Origin: Raillietiella orientalis | Lineage: Eukaryota | Direction of reading: 5' to 3' | NCBI GenBank assembly: GCA_036172245.1 | Contig: JAYWIR010000041.1 | Location: 62,001-126,000, forward strand | Length of the DNA stretch: 64,000 bases | Shown: piece by piece, positions 1 to 12,559 of the stretch | How positions within the stretch are numbered: position 1 is the first letter of the stretch | Layout of the letters: each line of letters begins with the position of its first letter | Made by a program: the position numbers and the translations under genes | Notes under the pieces: generated by a model | What the model was told of the DNA's origin: nothing | Database searches by the model: none | The model's input: only the letters and a program-made list of their open reading frames with translations

Positions 1-299
1 GCATGAAGCAAAGACTTTTTTCTTCAAGGTGGTAGAACGGGGAGGAAATGCTAAGTGGTGACGGGAATTCACTCAATCTAGAGAGGGAGCCTCCCCTCCT
101 ACCTCCGAAAGACAAGAGCCATTCGTTGAGGAAAGGGTTCCAGGCTAGTAATCTTTCGTTTAAGAACACATCGAAAATTCTCGAGAACTTCGGTTTCATA
201 TTAGTGGAGCATCGTTGAATGAAGTAAGTAGCTTCCGCCTCGGGAGTAGAAAGTGAAGACTTAAGTCGAATTCTGATACTGCTCAGCTTGAAGATGAGA

Positions 300-1065
300 A
301 GAAGAAAGGAATCGCTCAGAAGAGTTTTTCCATGTGTTGCAAACGCTACCATCGGGCAGACCTTACTGCAAGCTTCGGTGCAAGCATCCATAGGAATCCG
401 TGCTTGCCGGGTTGGAAAGACGGACTCTGATGACCAATGGCTAACCAAGCAGTTCAGAGGGACCATCTACGTGGTCTCGACAAGCTCTGCCGATCCAGCA
501 GTGAGGTTTCTTATCCCTTTGAGAGAGCACTCACATCCCGTGTCAGCCTCGCCTATCATCTCCATCTGGTTGATTCTCTGTATTTCAAGCTTTGAAGATG
601 CTAATCAATTGCTTCCTCAATTAAGTTTTCCTCCCCATGTTTTCCAGGGGAAGTGGTTCCATCTTCTGTTGCTCCTATTTTGTGACTGATCTGTCCTATG
701 CTGAACGTGGGTATCACCAACTAGCAAGGAAAAGAATCGGGAAGGATATGGAAAGCTTCCACTTCCACCGCTGTGCAGAACACCTCAAAAGTGCTGCATC
801 TCTGTATATTTTGCACCATTTGCTACATTGTCACCGAGGTGTTCCTTGAGGAACGAGGGTGAGTGTGTTTCGGCTCTCATCGTGGAATAGTGTATTTTCT
901 CTCCACGAGTGCTCCCTCTGAAAGACACGTGACCGTTCTTGTAAGGTGATCATGTCAGCGGAACTCTAAGCGTTACAGTTGTCATCCCAATTCTTGTACT
1001 AGTACGGTATAGCATACGGACTACTCGGACGTTTAACCATGGATTTCTTTAGCGTTATTTCCAAG
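300..1065 (-). mobile_element. Possible very decayed Ty3/Gypsy pol (RT) fragment
   Basis: Minus strand near 995-1045 reads MVKRPSSPYAIP..LVQ, resembling the Gypsy RT start PSxSPYASPxxLVxK. A GFLW-like motif lies near 385. No YxDD was recognised. Confidence 0.3.
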
Positions 1066-1306
1066 GAAAAGAAAAGGTCCCGAGAAAGGTCATTTGGCGG
1101 ATCCCAATTTTTCAGAATTTCACAGGTGCCGAGGTCAGTTTTCCGCTTCCAGTCTCCGTGATGCTGAGTTGTGTCTTTCGAGTGAAAACGGTATTTTCAG
1201 CATACCCAACAGGAAGCTGGGAGCTTCGTTTCGTATGCCTTACGATACCTGGATTGGAATTATTTAACAACTAGAGAGTTTTGGAGTCGAAACATGCATT
1301 CTTATA

Positions 1307-1682
1307 CAGTAGACCTCTGTATAACACGGATTCGTATAACGCGACGAAAAAATGGCGACAGCCCCCGCATAACGCGTTGAATCAGTCCCTTATAACACGC
1401 CATGGCTCCACTTTAATTTTTTCGTATAGTGTCAGCTCAGCTGCCTTTAAAAAACTTCCAACACATCATTAAGTAATTTCAATTTTTTATTTTTGTTTCG
1501 AAGTGAAATAGTTCCTATTCTACTGTTGCAACATTTAAGGCAGATTTTTGATGTTTTATAATGCTGCTTTTAAATATCAATTTAAATAAATTTAATTTTA
1601 TCCACGCATAACCCATAGGGTTCGTATAACGCGGATGGGAACAAAGCAGAACATATCCACCGCGTTATACGAGGGTCCACCG
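1307..1682. mobile_element. Tigger/pogo (Tc1-mariner superfamily) type MITE
   Basis: Left end TA|CAGTAGACCTCTGTATAACACGG (starts 1307). Right end CCGCGTTATACGAGGGTCCACCG|TA (ends 1682) is its imperfect reverse complement. TA flanks both sides. TTCGTATAACGCG recurs internally (~1331, ~1621) around an AT-rich non-coding core. Confidence 0.85.
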
Positions 1683-3899
1683 TACATGGAATTGCACTTT
1701 GTATTTGGCGAAGGTGACACGGAGCTTCTTCCTAGCTCCTTGAGCATGGAATAGGCTTTTCGTCCTGGACAAGAACCTCTTGCTCATGTGTCAGCGAATG
1801 GTTGTGTTCTGTGTCTCAAGCCTCCTTTAAGCCACGCTACGACGAAATAGAATTTGCAGATTCGTGCCTGGGACTGTACAAAATACGGCAAGAAAGGTGG
1901 AGTGGAACAGTGTTTTGCTGGTCGTCCAGAGTCGTTCGCCTTCGTTGAGTTTGAGGAGCATTCGTGGCCCTCAAGCACAGGGCATCCATGGCAATTCTAC
2001 CACTGCGCACACTCTAAAGAAAACACAACTTCTTCAAGGAGATAAAATCCAGCACACAGCCGAAAAGAGTGTGTAAGCAGACCAAACGCTAACATCAGTT
2101 CGTATCCTGACTTGGCGATGTCCGCGACTCTAGCACGTACGCAACGGTGTTTTCTCTGTAAGCCAGCTGAGGATACTTCATGCGAAGGATATTTTTCTTT
2201 CTTGTCTGTAGCTTCTTGTCTCCTTATCAAGAAATGCTAGCATCCCCAAGTTACCCTATCAAGCTCCGCTCTTCTATTCCGCCATTAATTTAATTTCATT
2301 TTTTCTCCCTCGATTCGATGAACAGTGCCCTGGACTCTTCGTTGGCTCTGGCTTCTTCCCTTCAAGTGTGGCACAAATTCTATTTTGCATTGAAACGAGT
2401 CAACTCACAATTCTCTGAATTGATTTCTGATTAGTTTTCGAAATCTTTAACGAAATAAACATCATACCGAATAAGGAAAAATGGACCTGGAGCTTTTCCG
2501 ACGATGGCTTACGGCATATCGGATTAACGCAATTTGCTCGAAGAAGCCAAAAAAAAAAAATTCATCAGCATTTTGGTTGAGGACCGCATGGATCCTAGGA
2601 GGGATATAAAAAAATAACGGAGTGCAGCCTTGACTCGATGGGAATGGGATGGGAATATGGGGAATGTTCGCATTTTCGAAGATGGCGCTGAAGACCGAAA
2701 GCATCTCCCTCTTTTTTTCCTCTCTCACCGTAGTCCTTGTCATTGGGAACCAATTTGCGCTGCAATTCTCATCCCATCTCTTCCTATTCTCATCTAAATT
2801 TGGCCGCACGTGCAGGTTCGTTCGTTCTCGTGCGGACCGATGTCCAGTCGGCCGAGCTTTGCGGCTCCAGGTGCCTTCTCTAAAAGTGAATGAAATTTCG
2901 TCACTTCCCGCAACGTCTTTATTGTCCAACGATCTTTCATTACGGTAAATTGCGGCGGTGATCAGTCACGAAGCGGAGGAAAACGGCATCAATCTACTCG
3001 GAGAGATGTCATAGGAAAGGCTTCAATTTTTCTCTCATGGCATTGCCCGCGCCAAATTGATGGCTCCCATAATCAGCTGATTGCCAGCGCAAGGGAATTT
3101 CGCTTTGCAAGAAAACGTTTCTTAAGGCAGCCAGGACCCGATCAGATGTTGATTACAGGAATCGAAGTGGGAAACACACATTATGCAATCCATTTAAACT
3201 TTCTTTTTAGAATCAACACTGTAATCTTGCAGAGTAATACGAAACGATCACTTGTACTTCTCCGAAACGGTGTTTTTTTGGGCCAATCGAAATGATCTTT
3301 CACACATTCCTTTTCTCATGTCTCACGCTTTCATTCTCATTTTATTTTTTTCCACCGAACAGAAACTGTTGGAAAATCTTTCTAGAAAATTATCTTCAAA
3401 CGAAAGATGGTTTTATCTTCCCTCCTGCTTCCTTCTCCTCTTGAGAGCAAATACGTCGTAGAATCTCTTTCCATGAGTTTTATCCTAAAGCACGAATCAC
3501 TCAAGAGTGCTTTCCATCGTTAAATTGTCGTCTTATGATGGAAAGACGAGTTTGCCTCCGTGCTCGGCAATCTGCATGAACATGCTCGAATCATTCGTTT
3601 GTTCTTCTCAGAAGGCAAAAAAGGAAAAAGAATAAAATAAAATTCAGCATGGATACTTTTTAAAGAAGGCTTCTCTCACGGATGACCAAGTATTATGACC
3701 AAGAGGATTGTGCCTCAATCCCAAGAAAACAACTTTCAGATCTTTCACAGCATCCAAACGACGCAAGCTCATAAAGAACACTTCAGATTTTCGATGTGCA
3801 TGAAGACACTCTACTGACTTGCAAAGATACGTTTCATCGGTCGTGCTCTTTGTCTCTAAGGGCTTCCTGCGCCTCGTGCTTCTTGAGCGCCTACACTCT

Positions 3900-4480
3900 G
3901 GTCAGCAGTTATGCTTTCTGTTAACCCCGGCGCATCGGAAGAAGAGTGGCTTCGAAGGAAACTTTGCTCCCACCGGAGAGACAAAAAAGCTCAAGCATTT
4001 CTTTTCAGCAGGGAGAAGATCCGAAATTATGGTGAACAGAAAACGAGTTGTGATTTTAGCGCGCGTAAATCAAGCCCTCAAGCAATTCCAGTGGCTGTGC
4101 ATTCTTTGAGCAACCACTGTGCGAGTTCCTTGCTGGACCAGTAAACCAGTGATCCTTTTCATCCTATTACCGATTGTCTGTAATGCGAGCCTTTAACATG
4201 AAACACAATGTACAGTATTAACCTGACAACCAGGAACTGGTTGATTTTCTTAGGAAGGGTAGAAAAACTTGTTTCCAACTCAGAGGGATTGGTGCTCCTG
4301 GTATCAACGTTATCACCAATGGGGAGAGGAGACCGTTGCCATATTATAATAACGGAGACCAAAGAATCTTTCTCCAGTCCCTTCTTGGGGCGAATAGACT
4401 CTAGCTATCAACGATTCGGACATGACCTTGCTATTCTCTTAGGAAGCGGAGCAAACTCAAGGGGAGATTCGATCCTAACC
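3900..4480 (-). mobile_element. Decayed Penelope-like element RT fragment
   Basis: Degenerate motifs in order: PLPKRIARSCPNR (~LPKIHK..PxRP), NVDTRSTNP (~DVxSLFTNxP), FHVKGSHYRQ..G.KGS (~FxFxGxxYxQxxGxxMGS). Confidence 0.5.
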
Positions 4481-6259
4481 TTTATTTTGAAAATAAAAAT
4501 TCTACTCAGCCTATCTAACCTAAAAAGTAATGTCCCTTAAAAAAAGGATTTCCTCGATAAAGATAACATGTCATACACCATTACTGCAAAATTAAACCTA
4601 ATTAAATCAAAGATAAGCTAAGCAAGCTGATGGACTCATACCCCATTTATGACTCGTCTCTTTAGTCCCCCCATTCTCCTTCCTTCATCTTCAATTTTCT
4701 TACCTTTAGTCTTTCTTAGAACATTAATCACAACGACGCCTTACAAAGACTTTTGTCAAAGCCATGTGGTTTATAACACTTTTTAGCAACCTTTTCGAGC
4801 AATTGTCCATATTATTATTATTTCTTCTGCAAATTCCCTGATCTAGCATTTGTATTTTTCAGGAATTTTCCCACTCCAAAGAGCCCTCAAAAGGAGACTC
4901 TGATCTCTCTTGATGGAAATCCTACGGGTCCGGACGGAAAAAGCCTCAGCAGCATCTTGCACTTTAGCTCCCTCATCAAAACTTCAGCGTTTCTCAGCGC
5001 TCTTCCTTGTTCTTTTCTAATATTCGTTCCAAATGCTGAACTCGCACTAGCCTACTTACGTTAGAGTACCTAGTAACCAAGTACCTAGGACACGAACCCA
5101 GAGCACCGTACTGTAGGAGTTCTTTGTTTCGTCTTTCCGCGAACGCCAATTCCCCACGTCCCCTCCTTCGCTCGAATGAGGGGCACTTTGGAAAGGCTTC
5201 TGTCTGGAAGCATCGCACAAATGTCGCCATGGCTTCCCTGCGACGCTTTTTTCCTATGGAGATCACCGCAGTCAAGAAGGGCACAGCTTCTTATCTTCAT
5301 GTACGCCGAGAGCTTCCACAGGACACGGAATTACAAAAGATCTTTGTATCACTCCTCCTCTCGCATCCTCAGTCCTATACTTCATTCATTTTGTACGACT
5401 GTGTTTCCTTTGCGTACATTTCCTTCGTCTTTAAGCGAAGCTCTTTGTGCACGTATGTTTTCAACTTTCCTCTCCCTCACGCACTTCTGGAAAATGGCTT
5501 CACAGGAAAAGAAAAAAGAAAAAATGGGGAAGCACGAAATTTCGATTTTTGTTACCAAGGAGTTCATGGCCGCGTTGAATAGTCTGCTGCATTTCTTTTT
5601 TGTGTGTGCTGCTTAAGATCTTTGTTTCTGTCAGCTGTATTCGGAGATGCTGCGTTTGTTTCACGGTGGCTTCTCACCCCTTCACCGTGTTTCCTATGAT
5701 TTTGAGGCTTGATTTGCCTCTTCGAGGTTCGGGAGGAAATTTTTCATTCTCTTTTAATTATCTATCATCCGTGAACAAAGAATGATTTAAACAAAAGAAC
5801 AACTTTTTGCATCCCTATGCGCGTGGTTTCGACATCAGTTGGACTCTGATTTTTTGTTTTTGCTCCTCAACTCCCTGCATCCTCCGGAAAAAAAAAAAAA
5901 AATTCAATTGCAATTTCCTCGAGAGAAACAGAAATAAGATGAAAGGTCCTATCATGGATTCCATTCAACCGCTTCTTTCAATTACAAAATCGGACACCAT
6001 TGCCATCCTGAAATCCGAAATTCAAAACAACAATTTCAGAAAAGGGAACGATTCGATTTCACCGTAACTTTCACATTTTCGTGTTTCCAACGGGCATGAT
6101 GGATTTTCCTTCCATGAACTCGCCCAAGTTTTTTACACAAGTAAATTTGTCTAAAAGATGCGTGCGCGGATCTGGATTCTGTGAAAGAGTGTGCTTGTGC
6201 GTGGGCTTTCGTAAACTGAAGAACAACACTCTTGAATATGCAGCATGAATTTCTAGGGA

Positions 6260-6480
6260 TTGAGAAAGATGACTAGAAGCAAACAGGCGAAAGAATTGAT
6301 ACTACTGGACACCTCTTGTCCTTATGAATATTTATCAGCGGCATCCGAAGAGTCAAGACGGAAGGAGGCGAGCAAGTATCGAGGATTGGATCTCTGCTTC
6401 GCCTCCAAAGGAGATCCCGCTATCTTAAGAGCAATTTTAGTGCAGTTGTAGTAAGATATCTGGGACTGTGGGATCTGGCA
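6260..6480 (+). mobile_element. Restriction-like endonuclease (RLE) domain relic of an R2/NeSL-type non-LTR retrotransposon
   Basis: ELILLDTSCPYE...RRKEASKYRGL...LRAILVQL**DIW resembles the RLE tail xxDVxxPxE...K..KY..L...AxxVGxxGxW. Confidence 0.6.
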
Positions 6481-6899
6481 AGCGGCAAAGTATAAGGAGA
6501 ATCAAAGATTCCGAAGAAACAGGCGGAGCAATCAGGAAGAGAATGGTGTGCTCGAACATTCAAGTACTCCCAGGATACGTATCGGAAACATTGAATGGGT
6601 CATAATGCAGAACATCCTGAAATCACAGTCCTATCATTAGGATGAGCCTAAGCAAACAGACTAGAGGAGAAGATGGAAATCGAGTCCAGAGGATACTCAC
6701 TGGACCTGGAGGAATCCCACTCCACTGGCTGGAGGTGAAATCCATGTAGGCATTACATTCTCTATGTTGGAGTTTCAGAATTAGAATCGATACGTAAGAT
6801 GATCATACTGTGTCCACAGCATGCTACGCTGGAATTGAGCTCCCAGAAGAAATGTACGCATATGTACAAACGGGAGTTAATCCATGAATCCTCGATGAG

Positions 6900-8130
6900 A
6901 GAGGATAAATTTGACGCAAGCAGAGAGTGCAGCATTCTTAACGTTTGCTATGGACTTCACCACACCCCGGAAGACGGACGAAGTTACAGACCGTGGCTAC
7001 ACCGGGATCGCAAAAGGAACACGGCCTAGAAAGATCCTCATAGAAAAAAGGAACGAAAGATGTTTCGACGAAATTCTCCGAGGTGAGGTCCAATTTCAGC
7101 ACATCTTGGTTCCCGAAGAGATAATCAGGGACACGTTTGAAGCGGAATTACTCCAGCTTATTGGCCAAATCAAAGGAACCAAACAGCCAAGGGAGCGATC
7201 CTTAAAGGAACTGCTCGGCCCGATGAACCGCTGTAAAATGCGAAAGCTGTAGCAGATGAACCGGAAGGGAACGATGTGGGCTATCAATGGCTCCAAAGAA
7301 GCAAAATGTCGTGTCCCAGTTCCCGTAGACGAAGAGCACGTCCTTGCTAGTACGGCCCAAACGAAACCTTCGCTACCCGAAAATGTTATGACTAGTGGGA
7401 CGAGTGAGGCCTTCCAATTAATCTTACACCTTATGAGAGTGAAGAGGTCTCCTGCACTCCACACAAAACCGAAAACTCTCCCGTTGCGACGGAATCTTCT
7501 CATTCGGGTGAAATCTGTTGACCCAGATGCACGACTCCTCGCATACTTCTCGAGTGTATATCTTCTGACGAGGAAATCTCCCAAGAGTTGCAAGTATTCA
7601 AAAAGTATGCTCATTCCGAAAGCGTCTCCTTTCGTTACTGATGCCAGAGGATGGAGGCACCGAAATCTGCTAGCAGATCCACCTACCTACTTCACGAAAT
7701 ATGCCTCCACCTCTCGAAGGCCGAGTGAATGATTGCTTGGCAACGAAGAGCTCACTCCTCGTCTGAAGGGATTCCTCCCCTTAGATAGGGTGATACAAAA
7801 AGACCCTTTTCTATCCAGGCTGGGTAATGAGATGAGGACATCCCAGGACACTCTCCGGGTCTTTGTGGGTCTTATAAATGCCTTCAGCACGGTGCCGCAA
7901 GAATGTCCTCATGACGCTCCCTGCAAGAAAGCGAAGGAGGAGAGCGGTTTGAACAGACAATCCGGAACCTCCATACAAATATCATCACCGCAGTGTAGTC
8001 TGACTCCCACTCTACAAACAACACACATATATTGACGGGAGTCAAGCAAGGATGTTCATTGGTACATGCATTCATCAAAGCAACCACTGAACCCGTCTTG
8101 CTTAGGATAGCGCAACCTTTCGGAAGAGAC
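6900..8130 (+). mobile_element. Decayed RT of an RLE-type (R2/NeSL-like) non-LTR retrotransposon
   Basis: Motifs in the expected order: VDPDARLLAYF..P.SCKYSKSMLIPK...D.RGWR, then LTPRLKGF, then LRVFVGLINAFSTVP (~DLxxAFDTVxH), then GVKQGCSL (8038-8061) and TEPVL. Contains stops and frameshifts. Confidence 0.75.
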
Positions 8131-8134
8131 CACT

Positions 8135-8440
8135 TCTTAGCGTATAAACGGATGATCTGATCTCACTGACGGCTTCAGAAAATAGATAATTTCCCTGCAT
8201 GTTGAGGTGATACCTCCAATAGGAGTCAGAGCGATCACTTTTAGGGTCGACAACCAAACCGTCCTTCTCTTCAGCTCAACGGTGAGACCGAATATCTCCA
8301 AAAGTCCATCAGGCTTGGAGTATTCTCGGCTTAGCCCTCCAAGCACGAGCTCCTGGAGGAAACAATCACCATCCTGAGATCTGTCTTTTGAAAAGATGGG
8401 CGTCATGAGGACCTTCTAATTCCCGAGTCTTTTCCAGCTA
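8135..8440 (-). mobile_element. Probable inverted continuation of the preceding RT
   Basis: Minus strand reads PIFSKD (~AFADD) ... LLEIFGLTVELKR (~GLxINxxK) ... IIYFLKP. These are the motifs expected immediately after QGxxLS, but on the opposite strand. Confidence 0.45.
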
Positions 8441-8759
8441 AAGGTATTTGAGAAAACAAAATTTGCATTACTTCTGCATTACAGTTCTTAAACATCAGTA
8501 TCCGTCAGAAGATTAAGGAATGTTTGACCTCGCAGAGCAGAGCAGTAAATGCTAGCAAAGCAAAGACATCTTCTGCATCTGTCTTCTCATCTCTTCCCAA
8601 GCTCCTGGGCGACAGACCTCAGCAGTGTTCTTGAAGACTGAAGACTCCCTTCAGAAGCTTCTGCATTACAGTTTGCGATTCAAGAACTCTCGAGCACCAA
8701 GCCACTAGCGACTCCATGCTGCATCCGAGCAGCAGTCGCGAACTACTCCGCTGTGGAGT

Positions 8760-10760
8760 TGTGTTAGCACCGGAGGACGGCCGTCCTCTTTTCCTCATTC
8801 ACGGTGAGCACGTAAGATGGCCATGATGGCCGCTTCCGAGTGCGGTCCTGAGGTGAGCTGTGAAGGTAGACTGTATTCGTCCTCGCAGATCCGCCCTCAA
8901 AACGCAGGTGGTCGTCCAGGAACAAGTGGTCGATGGAGTCGGACACCGTAGGCTATTCTGCCAACAGGTTTGTGATGTGCATCGCTGCGAGCAACACGTT
9001 GACCTTCGAGTACAGGCTCAGGAAGCGCGCCTCATCCTGGAGCAGGAGCACGCTCAAGTAGCCTGCTATGCGGTGAGCTGGTCCTCGAGTTCGTCGATGG
9101 CAACCAGTCTGGTCGCAGGCCCTGTGGAAAGTCCACACTGTCCCCGCAGGGTTGAGGTAGTTGCAGGGTGCATAGAGGTTTGTTGCCTCCAGACCAACTG
9201 CGTCAGACCACTTTGATACAAGCCAGCCTACCCGGCCGACCTCGTCAAAACGGACGCGTTGCATTGGTTTCAGCACAAACGCGACCCATGATGTGTGGAG
9301 CCGCATTCCATCACCAGGGTTCCTCCTGAAAATCGTTCCATCTTGCAAGTCACCTCCGCGGAGAGCTTGTGTATATCTTGCAGAAAGATCGAAGTTATCA
9401 GCGATTCCGTTATCGCGTGCTCCTTTGCGTCGCTCCAGAGGACGGCGGTGTCGCTAAAGAATGAGAGGGGTCTAATCCTCTCATTATAGTCGGGGAAGTA
9501 CTGGCCTTAAGCACTCGTGGGTAACGTAGAGGTGCGCCATCAAGTTACCAGTCCGATGCAACAGTGAGGCTCCTCTGGATCTCAGGCGCCACTGAAAGAC
9601 TTCGTTTCCCCTCGCCAAGAGCGTGGCCTGAACTGATTCTTCGCTGAACAGATGCAGGTGCGCGCGCTCGGTCCTCACTTCCTGTGGAACAGCCGCTTCT
9701 CTCCTCCTCTTCCGAGCTCATTCTCAGAAACGACGCAATGAAATGCGAAGGATTGGCGTCCATCCTCGCACGCAACCGCAGGCTAGGGCGACTCACCCGC
9801 TTGTCCCGATCCCGTTGCTGAAGGAAGAACACGACTGCATATCCTGCCTCCCACTGCGAAGGAATGCTTGCGGCAGGAATAACCGGAAACGTGGACGCAT
9901 GTAGAGACCAACTAGTCCTTTCGAACAGCAACGCCATCAGTCGTCTGGGGGACTGCCCGTTTGCAGGGATACGCGACGATCTGCGGCATCCTACTCCCCA
10001 CATCTTCGCGTGTGACCGTTGAGGATGTCCTGCGCCCATTACTTCACCGTCGGGATCAGGAGGGAGAAGGCGCTCCTGCAAAGTGAGAGGTTGCCGGCTC
10101 ACAAGGATCACCAAGCCCATCGCGCATCGGAGCAGGTCTCGGCTGGCGGACGAAGCCACTCCAAGAGACGCTGCCCAGCACCCGGAAGATGATCCAGTTT
10201 CTCGGCAGCCTCCGTAAAAATTTTAATCCGGTGCCGCGCTCCCTGTCCTCGACGTCTCCCTCCTCCTTCAACGTCACCAGCTGACTACCGTCCCGCTGGC
10301 GCACTGATCCCTCCGCGGAAACGGAGAACGCCATCGCGCCTCCTCGGCGGGAAGAGAGCTCGTGGAACTTCCCGCTGAGGGAGATTGGGAACGCTGGCGC
10401 TCGTGCCGCCGGAATGCAGAAGGCTACGTCAGGGACGGGAGCGCATCGCTGAGGACGCTTCAGTTCCCTTGACGCCGTCCCGCAACATCACTTTCGAGGA
10501 GTGCTCGCTTCTCCGGGCTGGCCGGTGGCCTCCTCTCCGGCCGTCCTTTGCCACGTGCGAGAGCAGCGAAGACCGCCGAGATGGAGAGAGAGCTCGGCCA
10601 TCATCCCGGAGAGCCGTTTGCGACCGCAAGGCCTACACACGAAGGACTGCGAAACGACCCAATGCGGGACGTAAGACGCGAGGGTTCATCCCAACGCTTG
10701 TGGACCGACCAGCCCGAAACTAACGAGCTGCACTAACCGGCGAACTCATCGCCTTCCGTT
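8760..10760 (-). mobile_element. 5' part of a decayed L1/Tx1-like element (ORF1 remnant plus AP-endonuclease)
   Basis: Minus strand 9440-8860 gives ITSIFLQDIH (~DIxxLQETH), HG-VAFVL (~GVAIL), DEVGR, TNLYAP (~NxYAP) and SIDHLFL (~RIDxxF) in the correct order. The GC-rich upstream 9500-10760 is only tentatively assigned to ORF1. Confidence 0.65.
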
Positions 10761-10809
10761 TGCTCCTTCCCTGCCTCGTCGCAGACCCTCAGGAATTAAG
10801 TGGAATACC

Positions 10810-11150
10810 GTGATGTCGGCCCATTCCATTTCCTATTTGTTTATTTATTCATTGTCTCCCCTTTTCCTCCTTCTACTTGTCTCTAGTGCTGTCCCCGGCG
10901 AGATGTGAAGGACCGACGCATGTCGGCCCTTCTCTGTCTCTGGCTGTGTAATTTTATTTATTTATTTTAAATAAATGACTTGACCTCCGGAATGGAAGAG
11001 TCACAGAGGGACGCTGATTTCATAAAAGAACAAATAAACAAATTGGGAACCCAGTCCCCAGAGGAAATAGCAAAAAGTTCGAAGGAAGGGGTCACCGACG
11101 TGCAGGTCGGCCACTCAGGGAGTTCGGAATGAGAGAAAGGGACAATAGAT
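10810..11150. repeat. Imperfect fold-back spacer with repeated small hairpins
   Basis: TTCCTATTTGTTTATTTATTC (10830-10850) is nearly complementary to GAACAAATAAACAAATTGGGAA (11028-11049). CCGAC-n4/6-GTCGG hairpins at 10913-10926 and 11095-11110. GTCGGCC occurs three times. Confidence 0.65.
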
Positions 11151-11249
11151 TACTTACGAAAGAAGGAAAGGCAGGGGAAGGGATCTTTGGTTTCGGCGGT
11201 TGCTTCTTTCAGGGAGCGACGCAGAACGCAGGCGATATCTCTGGCAACT

Positions 11250-12540
11250 TGTTTGTTTAGATGGGGTCACCTCGCTGCACTCCTCAGAAAAACTGCTGTG
11301 ATGCGGGTGGCCTCCAGTCGTTGCACCCTTAAATCCAGCATATGGAAGGCAGTCGCGATGGTGTGGATCAACATGTCTCGGTAATGACGGAGTCTGCAGA
11401 GAGTTCACGCGCGAAAAGAATCGTCGCAGCAAATTCCTTGCCGGTATTCTCCAGGTGCAGCAGCACTGAAGCCAGTCTGCTCCATAGTCCTTGGAGAGAA
11501 GTCCTCGTCCCGCACCTGGAACAGTTGGTGCATACGGCTACACGGGAGACGAGGCGTGGCTGCTCGCTATACTGGGAACTCCAGTGCAGAACGAGTACCA
11601 CTTCGTTCTTTCATTTCGAAGGGAGCACCAAACCGTCCATGCAAAGGTAGGGACCAATAGTTTTGTTGGGAACACACTGGGAAGTTCTCCCCATCAAAGC
11701 AGCTCTTGAGTCAATGTCGTAAAGTGGCGGTATCGACCAGTTCACTCGTCCTCCAGCCACCTTGGATAATCCGCAATGATACAGAACTACCACCCTGCTG
11801 GCTGGCTACTGTGAGTGCTTGTCTTGAGTGCAGCCAGTGTTGCAGCACAGAATATGACAATCAGTCTGAACCACTTATCCGGTTCTACAAGATATCTTCC
11901 AGGGAACGGCTCAGGAAAGAATCGCAGGGGACGAAGTTCCTAAGGATGCACTTCCATAGCTGCAGCCCAGGCATCGATGCTTCCTGCTGATAGCAGCAGG
12001 AAGTGGATAGAAGGTTTCCAGTTCATTGGGCGGCAGTAGATCCAGCGGTGATCTTCCAAAGACTAGTTGCCTCAACAGGAGGTGAATTCCCTTCATTTTG
12101 TATCGGCCGCGCAGCAATAGTGAAGAAAGTCCTTGTGCCTTAGACGAACGAAGAAAGTCTTTGCAACCTTAGACGCTATTGCTCTTTCCGGGCGTGGGGA
12201 TGCCTGCATGGAGCAGTCTCTTTATCTCCATCATTTTTTGGCGGACAGTTTGGTTTACACGAAACTTTTATTCTTTTTCCTCCTTGCAGCTGGCTCGCAG
12301 GTGCACATATCACTTTCGAACACTCCTTCTTCAGGGGCCCTGTGGTCTTTATGAGCTCAGAAAATTTGAGCTTGCCCATGTACCACACACCAACGATTGC
12401 GCCTTCGATACGTAGTTCCTGTGGGATGGTCCACCTGTTTGGCATGGTTTGCATGGCCGGGTAGTTCACTGAGCGTCTTAAAGGTTCAGTGAGGGAATGT
12501 TGTGCGCCATGTAGCATGGACAGGGCCGAACTTTGAGAGT
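11250..12540 (-). mobile_element. Possible 3' part (RT end to zinc finger) of a decayed L1/Tx1-like ORF2
   Basis: LNL-KT-like motif near 12485, AIVGVWY (~KILGVxF) near 12385, and CSRCG near 11515. Very degenerate. Confidence 0.35.
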
Positions 12541-12559
12541 TAGACCACTACTGCGTATT

